Origin: Scyliorhinus canicula
Taxonomy: Eukaryota
Direction: 5' to 3'
Assembly (NCBI RefSeq): GCF_902713615.1
Contig: NC_052149.1
Coordinates: 3,276,623-3,340,622 of the forward strand
Length of the DNA: 64,000 nt
How positions within the stretch are numbered: the first letter of the stretch is position 1; each line of letters starts with the position of its first letter. The position numbers were made by a program, and so were the translations under genes. Positions 48,323-61,636 of the stretch are shown in pieces. The notes beneath the pieces were generated by a model. That model was not told where the DNA came from. It saw nothing but the letters and a program-made list of their open reading frames with translations, and searched no databases.

Positions 48323-50964
48323 ACCAGCAATCCTAGGAATCAGGCTGTGGGGCTCACCACGTGCAGCACAGTAAGAAATGGAGCTAGAGCGGGGCAGAAA
48401 ACAAAGGATTATCATAACTTGGATGAAAGTAGAACTGTTACAAATTAGTAATCCATCTTGAATGAACTAGACCACTGAATTGAGCGAATGGGGAGAGCAT
48501 TCTGATCCTGTGAAAAATGGTGGGAAATTTGACGCGATCAACTTTTTTTGCTGAAAACTCAGAGAACTGGAGATTCCATTATTATTTCGCCAACCAAGTA
48601 TTGGAAGAGATTAAGGTTTGCATTCTTCAGTACATTTGGAGGTAAAAGTATTAATTTGCTGAAAAAGACAAGCTTGGTTCAGCCTGAGAAATCTGGGGAT
48701 AAGACATATCAAGAACTGGTGAAAATATTAGAAGACCATTCTACACCAAAGCCCTTGATTATTGCGGAGAGGTTTTGATTTCATCGAAGAAATCGGTTAG
48801 AAGGGGGAAATTATTGCGCAGTTCATTACAATCCTGAAGCCACCTGCAGAGTGAGGAGAATTTGGAGACTCTTTAGACGACACAATTAGAGATGTTTAGT
48901 GTGTGGTTTGAAAAAGGAGGCCATTCAAAGGAAGCTAATAATGGAATGTAAACTAAGTCTGAATACTGCATTAAATATTGCTGTTTCAATACAGCTTGCA
49001 GCTAAGGAGGCTTTTCAGCTTAGAGCAATTAGAGTTCCCGCCCAGAGGAAGTCTACCCAGCCTGAGGCATGTCACCTCTGGGCAAAAACGGGTTATTCAA
49101 AGGCTGATTGCTGGAGCAAATACAGCCGATGTAAAATTGTGACAGAACTGGCCACACAGCAAGAGCTCGCTGGAGTAAAATAACTTCTCCAGAGAAGAAT
49201 ACTCAAAGGAAAATACATCATATTCAAAGGAAGAAACAAACAAGTTCAACTAAGAATTCATCAATGTGGAAGAAAAGAATAACAACCACAATGAAACTAA
49301 AACAATTTCTTCTGATGAAGGATTAAAGTTGAACGTGCTCCCAGTCCAGTGTGAGTCGCATCGTTTTTGGGCAATGCTAAAGTGGAGGTTGATACAGGGG
49401 CTGCGGTCTCCCTAATTCTTGAGACTATGTACGAACAGAAACTTAATCATCTGCCTTTAAAACCAGCAGATGTGATTTTGAGGACCTATATTGAAGAGAT
49501 AGTACCACGGAAAGGTAAATAAATAATCTTTATAGTCACAAGTAGGCTTACATTAACACTGCAATGAAGTTACTGTGAAAAGTCCCTAATTGCCACACTC
49601 CGGCGACTGTTAGGGTACACAGAGGGAGAATTCAGAATTCTCAGCTGGTACGGGAATTGATCCCGCGCTACTGGCCTTGTTCTGCATCACAAACCAGCTG
49701 TCTAGCCCACTGAGCTGAACCAGGTTATATCTCAGTTAAGGTTGAGCTCAGTGGACAAACTGCAGAGTTACCTCTCCATGTGGTGCGAGGACGTTTTCAA
49801 CTTGCTCTGATTCAAATCCAGACTTATAGACCATAATGGAAAAGTAGAGTAGTGTTTTTGAAGACACACTGGGGTGCCTGAAAGGTGTGCAAGTGTCCCT
49901 GAAGGACAAGGAAAATAGCCAGCCGAAATGTCTCAAGGCTAGAGATGTACCCCATGCAATACATCCAAGAGTCGAAGCACAACTACTGAGACTTGTGCAG
50001 ACAGGAGTCTTAGAACCCGTCACTATTAGAGACTGGGCAACCCCCATTGTATCTGTCATGAAGCAGGATAGTACAATTTGTATCTGCAGAGTTTTTAAGA
50101 CAACAATCAATCAGGTCCTGCATGCGGATCTGTATCCACTATCACTGATTGAAGATTTGTTCGCAGGCCCAGCAGGAGGACAGAGGTTCAGCAAGTTTGA
50201 CCTATCGCAGGTCTACCTGCAAATGAATGTGCCAGCTGAATCTCAACACCTGCTCACCATCATCACTCACACAGGCCTATTTCGCTACAAGAGATTGCCT
50301 TTTGGTATAATGTCAACATATGCTTTACTTTTAAGCTCAAGTGACCAGATCCATATGCTTTACATTTAAGCTCAAGTGGCCAGATTCTTAGTGGCTTATA
50401 TGGGGTACAATGTGAGCTGGATGATATATTGACCATGGGCACAAATGAGCAAGAGCATTTACAACACTTAGAAGCTACGCTGAAATGACTTCAATTGCAT
50501 TCCAAGCACTAAGAGCATTCCAATCACTCAGGTGTGTAATTTCACTGCACTTTTCACTGTGCGGTTTCAATTCCCGTTCCAGCCTCCCCGAACAGGCTCC
50601 GGAATGTGGTGACTAGGGGCTTTTCACAGTAATTTCATTTGAAGCCTACTTGTGACAGTAAGCGATTTTCACCTACCTCTCTTTGATGTGGTCAATGTTT
50701 ACACACATTTGGGTTTTTTGCCACTCAGGCCACTGAGCTATGAAGGGAGGTCAATGAATCAAAGCTGTAGGTGGTTTGCAGAAGCTTCAATCACACACCG
50801 CTACTGGAAAGCTATGAATGGCTTGCAGCTAATGGATCTGTGGGACCCAGACCAGGTCACAGCTGCTATCCTTTCAGGAATGGGCACGTGGTGCTGCAAA
50901 ATAATTGTCACAGCTGTAATTCTTCACACTGCCCCTGTTTAGACTGCTCTCTAGATTCCAGATA

Positions 50965-51735
50965 GGGGTCTCATTTCTGTGCGGGGAGGGGGGTCTGTGT
51001 TGGGGCGTGTGGTTTGTGGGGAGTTCCTTTGAGCAGGGGTCCATGTGAGAGCTCCCCTATTACAGGGGTCTCCCTATTATAGGGGTTCCTGTCGGCGTGA
51101 CCTCCTTTTGCAGGGGTCCCTGTGAGGGCTCCCCTATTACAGGGGACTCCCTGTTCTCGGGGTCCCAGTGGAGGTGTCCTCCTATTACAGGGGTCCCTGG
51201 GGGGGGGGGGGGGTTCCCTATTACAGAGGTCCCTATGGGGAGTCTATCATACATATTTCTGGGTGAGTGGGGGCACCCCCCCCCCCCATAATTGGGGGTC
51301 AGGAGGCACCCAGGCAATCCGTGGGTGGGGGCATTCAGGGCTGATTTGCGGTGCAGGGGGAGGCCGGCTGTGGGACTTCGCTATTGGCCACCCACCCAAG
51401 ATGGCGGCCCGATAGCGGTATTCCCTGGGAACCCCTAATATTCCGACCAATGCAAAAATTTGCATGACATGGAACACTGAATTGCTTACCGGTTTGCGTT
51501 TCCAGGGGATCATAAACCAGTTGCAATTCAGCTCCGGTGGAAGCACATAGGACGCGATTCTCCTTCCCACCGCACCAATTTTCGGGTGCTGTGCGCCCCC
51601 AGCCGGCAGTGGGATTCTCCGTCCCGCCAGCCAATGGGGTTTCCCCATTTTGGGAAGCCTCACGCAGTCGGAAAATCCCCAGGGGTCGGTGTGTGCCGGC
51701 CTAACGGAGAATCCCGACAGCGGAGAATACAGCCC
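50965..51735. mobile_element. GC-rich TIR-family element fragment with short internal tandem (CCCTATTACAGGGG)
   Basis: Terminal GGAGAATACAGCCC; interrupts Gypsy pol. Confidence 0.5.
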
Positions 51736-51866
51736 ATTATCTCTGCAGGCTGCAAAAATACATTAACACTCTCCAGGAGCTCCCAGTCAAACCTAGTCCA
51801 TTAGCCTAAACTGAAAAGCACATTCCTTGTCAATGTCACCTTCTATTTACCAGAAGCAAAATAAAA

Positions 51867-52206
51867 GGGCAGCACGGTAGCATTGTGGTTAGCACAATTG
51901 CTTCACAGCTTCAGGGTCCCGGTTTCGAATCCTGGCTTGGGTCACCGTCTGTGCGGAGTCTGCAAGTTCTCCCCGTGTGTGCGTGGGTTTCCTCCGGGTG
52001 CTCCGGTTTCCTCCCACAGTCCAAAGATGTGCAGGTAAGGTGGATTGGCCATGATAAATTGCCCTTAGTGCCCAAAAATGTTAGGTGGAGTTACTGGGTT
52101 ATGGGGATAGGGTGGTGGCGTGGGCTTAAATGGGGTGCTCTTTCCACGGGCCGGTGCAGACTCAATGGGCTGAATGGCCTCCTTCTGCACCATAAATTCT
52201 ATGAAA
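51867..52206 (+). mobile_element. V-SINE
   Basis: Head, core and tail. Confidence 0.85.
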
Positions 52207-54479
52207 ATCCTCTTTAAAACCTTGATCACTGCTGCCACACACACTAAATCCCTGATTTTTAACTCTGACTTGTCCCAATATTTAGAAGCCAATATTCGTA
52301 AAATCCTCCAGTTGTCACACATGTTAATGGTCATTGCAGACACACATTCAAAGTGGCCTGAGGTGGTCATAATGAAGTTGAACACTGCCGAACAAACCAT
52401 TCTAAATCAGCGAGATCTTTGTGAGATTCATATTACATGGAGTAGACCGTGAGCGACTGGGCCACCGTTTGCAACCCAATAGTTCGATGACGACTTAAAG
52501 ATGTGTGGAGTTCAACATGTTAAGTCAGTGCCTTGCAACCCATCCACGATTGTTTTAGCAAAAAGGTTTGTCCAGTCCTTGAAGCGAGCACTGAAGGCTT
52601 CAAATGACCACGGTTCACTTCATTGCTGTGTCAACATGTCTCTAGCAACATACCGAAATGTGACACGCACAACTACACAAAGTTCACCAGCTTTGTTATT
52701 GATGAAAAAGAAGCTGAGGACTACCTTTGATTTACTCCTGCCAGAGGAGACATCTGACAGTAGAGCAAAACCAACAGTCACAGATCTTGAGAAAGTAACT
52801 CAAGGAAGTACCCATTTCAACAAGGAGAATAAGTTTTAGCGTGCAGCTACACCCTCGGTAGGTCCCTGTGATGGTATTGTCTCAGACTGGTCCAAACGAC
52901 AGACAGATTTGTGTGGAGGTGCCATGGGGATCAATTATTGTCATCACGCATTTGTGTGCCAGCACCAGAACTACCTCAAGAGGTAACGGCCTCCGTTCCA
53001 TCTGACTGTGTAACTTTTCGTTCATTGACAGAAGAAGAGATTGAATCAGAAGTACCTGCTACTACTCGTAGTCAAAATCCCGCAAGTGAACAGGCAACCA
53101 ATGGGAAATAGACGCCCACTTGATTGTTAACCTTATTGACTGTGTCATTACAATGTAATAATGTGATGCCTGCACTTATATATAGATGTAAATGACTTTG
53201 TTAATATACTCATCATTAGTTGTGTTGGGCCTTCGAAGTAAAGGGGGAGGGATGTTTTATATATATATATGGGTTATTGTGGTTGTGTGCAATCCCCGTA
53301 CCAGCCTCCCCGAACAGGCGCCGGAATGTGGCGACTAGGGGCTTTTCACAGTAACTTCATTGAAGCCTACTCGTGACAATAAGCGATTTTCATTTTTCAT
53401 ATCTCTTTAAGAATGGAGTCACGTGACTTATGTGACTTCATCAGCTACTTTGCGGGCTTTTGGGGAGTCTAGTACCAAACCTTGAACAGTGAAGACCTCG
53501 TCATTAAACCTCTGTTAATCTGCGTCAAACCCACGTGCTATGGCAATCCATTTATTTTGCATTGTTGGTCTAAAGATGCAACAGTTTGGAACTGGGTAAA
53601 TTCAGGGATACCATGTATAGCCATTGAGTTCAAGTGTATTTCTAGTTGACTTTCTTGTGTGTTTAATTATTTAATAAACTTTTACTTTGTTTACAATCAT
53701 CACAAAGACGTCTGGGACATCCTTCTCTGGATTTCAAGCCTTTCTCCACATTATACCCAATTGCAAAAATACAGTTGAGAGTCGGTGTTTCTGGGATTTG
53801 GAATATCCTAGCGTTTAACATCAGATGTGCTCTTAACAATTTTAAAGGGTGTCTTAAAGGAGCAAAAGGTTTCGGGAGGCAGCTGAACCACCAGTCAGAG
53901 AATAATGAAGATGGCAGATGCGCATAAAGCGGAAATTGGAAGTGTGATCAGACCTTGGAGGTTTGCACGGCTGGAGAAGTTTGAGATTAGAAGAATGACG
54001 TCATGGGAGAGCTTGAACACAAAGATGAAAACTGTAAATTTGCTGGACTGGGAACCAATGTGCGCCAGCAAGCACAGAATGGACAGGACTCAGTGCAAGT
54101 CATTGCCGTCTTTTGTGAGCAGAAGGCCCTGCTGACTTGATTATATCTGTGCCATTTGTCATTTTACAAACAAGTGTAAAGATTTGCATTTCCAGAGAGA
54201 GCGTACTTTCTAACATTCTCAGGATTATTTAAGCAGTTCATATCCAACATCTTCCAAAGTGCAATCAGTCTGTAACAGGCCAGGTCCTATAAACTGTAAA
54301 TATAACAAAGAAGCACATGATGTGTATATAGGTGGCGCGAGTTTAAAACTATGCGTCAATCTGGACACCTCATTATGCCTCGGCATTCTTTTCCTCTAAA
54401 TTGTGAGATTGGAGCCACAGGGACAGGAATATTGGGGCAGGAGGAGGCCATTCAGCTCCTTGAACCTGAAGACAAATAT

Positions 54480-55097
54480 CTGGTATTTTCACAGGACTAG
54501 TAATCCAGAGACCCAGGGTAATGCTCTGGGGAAATTGGTGGGATTTGAATTCAATAAAAAAATCTGGAATTAAAAGTCTGACAATCATGGAGTAAAACCC
54601 GAACTGGTTCCTCGGGAGGGAAATCTGCCGTCCTTATCTGGTCTGGCCTACGGGCAGCACGGTAGCATGGTGGTTAGCAAAATTGCTTCACAGCTCCAGG
54701 GTCCCAAGGTCGATTTCCGACTTGGTTCACTGTCTGTGCAGAGTCTGCACGTTCTCCCCGTTTCCGCGTGGGTTTCCTCCGGGTGCTCCGGTTTCCTCCC
54801 ACAGTCCAAAGATGTGCAGGTTAGGTGGATTGGCCATGATAAATTGCCCGTAGTGTCCAAAATTGTCCTTAGTGTTGGGTTGGGTTACTGGGTGATGGGG
54901 ATAGGGTGGAGGTGTGGGCTTGTGGAGGGTGCTCTTTCCAAGAGCCAGTGCAGACTCGATGGGCCGAATGGCCTCCTTCTGCACTGTAAATTCTATGACA
55001 TGTGACTCCAGACCCACAGCAATGTGGTTGACTCTTAAATGCCCTCAGGGAATGGGCAATAACTGCTGGCCCAGCCAGAGACGCCCTCATCCCATGG
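54480..55097 (+). mobile_element. Deu-SINE-like element with a V-SINE (54652-54998) inserted
   Basis: TCTGGCCTAC | SINE | ACATGTGACTCCAGACCCACAGCAATG continuity. Confidence 0.7.
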
Positions 55098-55654
55098 ATG
55101 AATCTTTTGAAAATTCTGTTTTTGTTTCAGATTCCAGCTTCCACAGTCATTTGCTTTTATGCCAGTTTGTAACTTGCTCCTCTGATGCTTCCCGTAACTT
55201 TTCCAACCTATTAACAAGCTTGAGAAAGAACGTGCATTTATATAATACTTTTCAGACCCCCAGAATTCCCAAAAGCATCTCACAACCAATGATGTACTGC
55301 TTGTAATGTCACTGATGTCATGTAAGATAAGGACAATCAGTTCGCATGCAGCAAGATCCCACACACAGTAATGAGATAATGATCAGAAAATCTATTTTAA
55401 ATGATGTTGGTTGATGAATAAATATTTGCCAGTACTCTGGAGATTCTCCTGCTGTACTTTGAATGGTGTCACGGGATTTATTATATTCACATGAGGGGAC
55501 AGACGGCGCCTCAGCTTAAATTATTCCTGACAATGTAATGCCCATTCAGCGGTGTGTTGAAGTGTTAGTCTGGATGATATGCCTTTTTAAAAGTGAGAGG
55601 GAGATTATTTTCTGCTTTCTCTCTGACTGTTCAGTGGTTTTGTATATTCCATAG

Positions 55655-55927
55655 ATCTCCACAAATTTTAGAGTAGACAGAAGTCACCTCGTCTCTCCTT
55701 CAAAATCACTAATCCTATCGTGTGGCGGGATGGACTGTCTGTCCAAAGTGAAGAAACTGGAGCAGATTGCGGTGGTAAACCTGTCTAGACATTATCTGAA
55801 AAATCTGGGCAGCTTACTGAATTGTTCTGCTCTGAAGATTTGCCTCCTGGCTAGGAACTACATCACTAAATTTCAAGCTCTCATAAACTGCCCCAATTTA
55901 ATCAAGTTGGATCTCCATGGAAACCAT
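55655..55927 (+). CDS. LRRIQ3: LRRIQ3 exon (273 nt), N-terminal leucine-rich repeats
   Basis: ccatag|ATC...GGAAACCAT|gtaagt; LKICLLARNYIT...LINCPNLIKLDLHGNH resembles human LIKLDLHGNQ; synteny with FPGT. Confidence 0.85.
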
Positions 55928-56000
55928 GTAAGTCATAAATGATCTGTGTTCAATAAAACAAATTTCACGCAACTGGAAATTTCGAACTCTGACAGACCAT

Positions 56001-56860
56001 TGTTGCTCGTTATGCTTTCCTTAATTTGCTCTGTTTTAATTACCTTTGCTCAAGAGTCTCCAGGTATCTTTCTGATACCACCACAAGGTTCAAAGCCGAA
56101 TACTGATCAATGACTCGATACACCAGTTAGTAAGTTTGAAATCAATGCACATTTATTTACACACACAGTCAATTATTACTCATGCACAAACTCTACTCAC
56201 TAAACTACAACTACTACTAAAAGCTTATACTTAGCTTCGAGTGGCCCACTCAGTCAGAGGAACAATGGCCGTTGTCCGGTTCTGATACTGCTGGCTTCAA
56301 ACTGGTATAGAATAGTAGAGGAGCGCCTATCACGGAGCGTGCGTTGACCTTAGACTTACTTGGCTGGTGCTTGGCGGCCTCTCATCGCTGAGAGCCAAAG
56401 GCCAAGGTGAAGATGAAGAGTTCACGAGTTCTTAAGAGAGCGAACTGACCTTGGGGACTCTGTTTTATACCCCACGGGGTTTCGCACCCTTCTGGGCGGA
56501 CCCCGGACTTGGTCCCAATTAATTGGACCATGTTCCACTCGTTCGTATCGATTCTCTCCAATAACGGGGTCGTTCCCCAATCGCTGGGCGGGCTCTAGGT
56601 AACCGTTGGCCTGCCTTTGTTTTAGCTTCCACTGGCGCCGGGGAGTCTGCCCTGGTACCGATTGTTTCAATGTTTCTTGTCCCCGGAGATAGCTCATTAC
56701 TACGCTAATGGTTGTAGTATCAGTTCTGTCTGGGATCTGCAAGTTCCAATCCACAGGCAAACCTTGCACCTGCTTGTTTTCCTAGCACTGTCCATTTTTC
56801 CCTGCACTCTTTGCGAGTGTCCATTCTGAAATCGGGACGTGGCCGCCCCAGGTGGCTACA
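56001..56860 (-). mobile_element. Solo LTR, antisense to LRRIQ3
   Basis: Minus strand TGTAGC...GCAACA, GGGTATAAAA, AATAAA; flanks CCAT/CCAG. Confidence 0.75.
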
Positions 56861-57433
56861 CCAGTCCATAAACAATGCAGCTATTAAAAGCTGTGCACAG
56901 TGAGAGATACTGAGTGAGAGTCATTGTATTCCTTTTGAACAAGAGCTGTTGACAGGGCGCACTCCTCATCATCAGCTCTGTAAATCCCAAAGAACCTGAC
57001 TGGCAATGCGGTACATGGAGAGGCCGTCTCAATGAAGAGTCACTTGGAGGACCAAGTTCCCCCGAAGGTCCAGGTCACCACTGGGAAGGAGGGTCTGGTG
57101 TGGAACCATGGCTTTCAGCTTGGTGAGCTTTGATCCTAGTGGGGATATTTTGAGTGGAGACCATTTTCTTCATGTGAGTGCTAATTGGGATCAATTATTG
57201 TGTGTTTGTGTAAAGGGCTTCAGTGAAATTCATACAGTGGGCATCAGTGGCCAATAAATATTCCATAGAATTTACAGAACAGAAACAAGTCATTTAGCCC
57301 AACCGGTCTACCCTCCACATAAACCATTTGATTTACTTCAGCTAGGCATGAAAACATGAGAAAAAGTGCCTGGGGTAAATCAGACCACTTGAGCCTGTTC
57401 CATCATTCAGTATAATTATGGCCACTGAATATC

Positions 57434-60400
57434 TCGTGATGTCTGGAGAGATCGCCATGAGGCCCACGGGGACATCCTGATTGATATCCCTGTGGGACTC
57501 ACGGAATATGAGCTTCCCTGCTGGTTGTGGAGGCCCGCCCAGCTGGGGCGCAATAGAATGTTGTATAAAGGCCGGCCCAGGCAGGGACTGGCAAGGCCCC
57601 CCCCCCCGGACAGGGACCGACAAGGCCGGGCCGGACAGGGACCGACAAGGCCGCCCCGGACAGGGACCGACAAGGCTGACCCGGACAGGGACCGACAAGA
57701 CCCCCCCCCCGGACAGAGACCGACAAGGCCGCCCCGGACAGGGACCGACAAGGCCGACCCGGACAGGGACCGACAAGGCTGACCCGGACAGGGACCGACA
57801 AACCGGGCCGGACAGGGACCGACAAGGCCGGCCCAGACAGGGACCGACAAGGCCGGCCCAGACAGGGACCGACAAGGCCGGCCCGGACAGGGACCGACAA
57901 GGCCGGGCCGGACAGGGACCAACAAGGCCGCCCCGGACAGGGACCGACAAGGCTGACCCGGACAGGGACCGACAAGGCCCCCCCCCGGACAGGGACCGAC
58001 AAGGCCGCCCCGGACAGGGACCGACAAGGCTGACCCAGACAGGGACCGACAAGGCCGGGCCGGACAGGGACTGACAAGGCCGACCCGGACAGGGACCGAC
58101 AAGGCTGACCCGGACAGGGACCGACAAGGCCCCCCCCAGGACAGGGACCGACAAGGCCGCCCCGGACAGGGACCGACAAGGCTGACCCAGACAGGGACCG
58201 ACAAGGCCGGCCCAGACAGGGACCGACAAGGCCGGCCCAGACAGGGACCGACAAGGCCGGCCCAGACAGGGACAGACAAGGCCGGGCCGGACAGGGACCG
58301 ACAAGGCCGCCCCGGACAGGGACCGACAAGGCTGACCCGGACAGGGACCGACAAGGCCGCCCCGGACAGGGACCGACAAGGCTGACCCGGACAGGGACCG
58401 ACAAGGCCCCCCCCCCGGACAGGGACCGACAAGGCCGGGACGGACAGGGACCGACAAGGCTGACCCGGACAGGGACCGACAAGGCCCCCCCCCGGACAGG
58501 GACCGACAAGGCCGGGACGGACAGGGACCGACAAGGCTGACCCGGACAGGGACCGACAAGGCCCCCCCCCGGACAGGGACCGACAAGGCCGGGCCGGACA
58601 GGGACCGACAAGGCCGGGCCGGACAGGGACCGACAAGGCCGGCCCGGACAGGGACCGACAAGGCCGGGCCGGACAGGGACCGACAAGGCCGGGCCGGACA
58701 GGGACCGACAAGGCCGGGCCGGACAGGGACCGACAAGGCCGGGCCGGACAGGGACCGACAAGGCCGACCCGGACAGGGACCGACAAGGCCGGCCCGGACA
58801 GGGACCGACAAGGCCCCCCCCCCCCCGGACAGGGACTGACAAGGCCGGCCCGGACAGGGACTGACAAGGCCGGGCCGGACAGGGCCGACAAAGCTGGCCC
58901 GGACAGGGACTGACAGGGCTGGGCCGGACAGGGACTGACAAGGCCCCCCCCCCGGACAGGGACCGACAAGGCCGGGCCGGACAGGGACCGACAAGGCTGG
59001 AGGGCTGGGCCGGACAGGGACCGACAAGGACGGGCCGGACAGGGACCGACAAGGCTGGAGGGCTGGGCCGGACAGGGACCGACAAGGCCGGGCCGGACAG
59101 GGACCGACAAGGCCGGGCCGGACAGGGACCGACAAGGCCGACCCGGACAGGGACCGACAAGGCCCCTCCCCCGGACAGGGACCGACAAGGCCGGCCCGGA
59201 CAGGGACCGACAAGGCCCCCCCCCCCCGGACAGGGACTGACAAGGCCGGCCCGGACAGGGACTGACAAGGCCGGGCCGGACAGGGCCGACAAAGCTGGCC
59301 CGGACAGGGACTGACAAGGCCGGGCCGGACAGGGACTGACAAGGCCCCCCCCGGACAGGGACCGACAAGGCCGGGCCGGACAGGGACCGACAAGGCTGGA
59401 GGGCTGGGCCGGACAGGGACCGACAAGGACGGGCCGGACAGGGACCGACAAGGCTGGAGGGCTGGGCCAGACAGGGACCGACAAGGACGGCCCAGACAGG
59501 GACTGACAAGGCCGGGCCGGATAGGGACCGACAAGGCCGGGCAGGACAGGGACCGACAAGGCTGGAGGGCTGGGCCGGACAGGGACCGATAAGGATGGCC
59601 CAGACAGGGACTGACAAGGCCGGGCCGGACAGGGACCGACAAGGCTGGGCAGGACAGGGACCGACAAGGCCGCCCCGGATTGGGACTGACAGGGCTGGCC
59701 CGGACAGGGACTGACAAGGCCGGGCCGGACAAAGACCGACAAGGCCGGGCCGGACAGGGACCGACAAGGCCGGGCCGGACAAAGACCGACAAGGCCGGGC
59801 CGGACAGGGACCGACAAGGCCGGGCCGGACAGGGACCGACAAGGCCGCCCTGGACAGGGACCGACAAGGCCGGGCCGGACAGGGACCGACAAGGCCGGGC
59901 CGGACAGGGACCGACAAGGCCCTCCCGGGCAGGGACCGACAAGGCCGCCCCGGACAGGGACCGACAAGGCCGGCCCGGACAGTTACCGACAAGGCTGACC
60001 CGGACAGGGACCGACAAGGCCGCCCCGGACAGGGACCGACAAGGCCGGGCCGGACAAAGACCGACAAGGCCGGGCCGGACAGGGACCGACAAGGCCGGGC
60101 CGGACAGGGACCGACAAGGCCGCCCCGGACAGGGACCGACAAGGCCGGCCCGGACAGGGACTGACAAGGCCGGGCCGGACAGGGACCGACAAGGCCGGGC
60201 CGGACAGGGACCGACAAGGCCGGCCCGGACAGGGACTGACAGGGCTGGCCCGGACAGGGACTGACAGGGCTGGGCCGGACAGGGACCGACAAGGCCGGGC
60301 CGGACAGGGACCGACAAGGCCGGGCCGGACAGGGACCGACAAGGCCAGGCCGGCCAGGGACCGACAAGGCCGACCCAGACAGGGAATGACAAGGCCGGCC

Positions 60401-61390
60401 CGGACAGGGACCGACAAGGCCGGCCCGGACAGGGACCGACAAGGCCAGGCTGGACAGGGACCGACAAGGCCGGGCCGGACAGGGACCGACAAGGCCGGGC
60501 CGGACAGGGACTGACAAGGCCGGGCCGGACAGGGACCGACAAGGCTGACCCGGACAGGGACCGACAAGGCCGGGCCGGACAGGGACTGACAAGGCCGGGC
60601 CGGACAGGGACCGACAAGGCTGACCCGGACAGGGACTGACAGGGCCGGGCCGGACAGGGACTGACTAGGCCGGGCCGGACAGAGACCGACAAGGCCGGCC
60701 CAGACAGGGACTGGCATGGTGGTTGTACCACCGCTTATGTATTTCCTGCTGTATGCAGATTTTTTGTCACCATGATTAAACCGGCATTCACCCTCGCGTT
60801 CAGCTTCCTGAGACTCAATACCGGCAACGAGGTAAAAGGAACTTCAAGTCCGAATTTTTACGTCCCAGCCACTCCGGAATATTGCCGTGCAGCAACATGT
60901 TGGACAGACTTTCTGAAAATGCCGCTCCTTGGGAAATTAGCGGCCTTCAGTGTCAGGCCTGGAAGATTGGGTTCAGTACGCTGAGCACAATGAGGTACTT
61001 TTTCCAAGTTAGCAGCATCAGTAGAGAGGACCAACAGAAGATAATCCCCCTGACTGCCTGCGGGCCCCAACCTTCATGTACCCGGCTGCTCCGGATTCAA
61101 AATCCTTTGATGAATTGGTAGAGTTGGAATCTAACCATTATGACCCAAAACCATCTGTAATGATGTAGCGGAACCAATTCAATGCAGCTGGCGGACTCCG
61201 GGGGAGTCAGTTATCGATTTCTTCACTCGACTCTGAAGGCTGGCTGAGCATTGCAAGTTTGGTCCATCCTTGTCAGAGCTGTTAAGAGATCAGTTGGTGT
61301 GCGGAATTAATAACGTGGCCACACAGAGGAAGCTGTTGGCAGAACCTACGCTTGATTCGTAGATTGCCTTTGAATCAGTGCTGTCTCACG
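57434..61390 (+). mobile_element. Gypsy 5' LTR (with internal minisatellite), PBS-like site and decayed gag
   Basis: TATAAA 57564, ATTAAA ~60775, CGGCAACGAGG ~60822; MPLLGKLAAF from 60919; RLAEHCKFG...LRDQLVCGIN...QRKLLAEP. Confidence 0.75.
57568..60716. repeat. ~3.1-kb minisatellite, 25-bp unit GGACAGGGACCGACAAGGCCGGGCC, ~125 copies
   Basis: Direct periodicity. Confidence 0.97.
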
Positions 61391-61636
61391 GGTGGTCAGT
61401 GGGGTGCGCAGCAAGATGTGTCCGTGCTTGAGCACCACCCCAGTCCCGGTCTCACGGCCCATTCCCCCATCATCCCCCACCCCTCCCCACCCAGCCATCC
61501 CAGCCAGTGTCAGGATCGGCAGCCCACGGTCATGCCTCTCCCAGTTCTACCTGTTCTCTCTCCCTCATCAGCCACTGTTTCTTGATTGTCCCACCACAAA
61601 GTCTTTGCTCCCAGTCTCCCTTCACCAGCTTGTTCC

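Larger units (their letters stand above)
48480..53585 (+). mobile_element. Decayed Gypsy/Ty3 LTR retrotransposon (gag, protease, RT, integrase, PPT, 3' LTR) with nested insertions
   Basis: PKPLIIAERF, CGLKKEAIQRKLI (gag); VDTGA-coding GTTGATACAGGGGCT ~49388; WATPIVSV...FSKFDLSQVYLQ...YKRLPFGI (RT); DTHSKWPEV, KRFVQSLK, SPALLL (IN); PPT AAAGGGGGAGGGA then TGTT at ~53253. Confidence 0.88.

Noticed and set aside
57342-60731. 800-1100-aa Pro/Cys-rich ORFs on the - strand
   Set aside because: Translations of the 25-bp minisatellite, open in several frames
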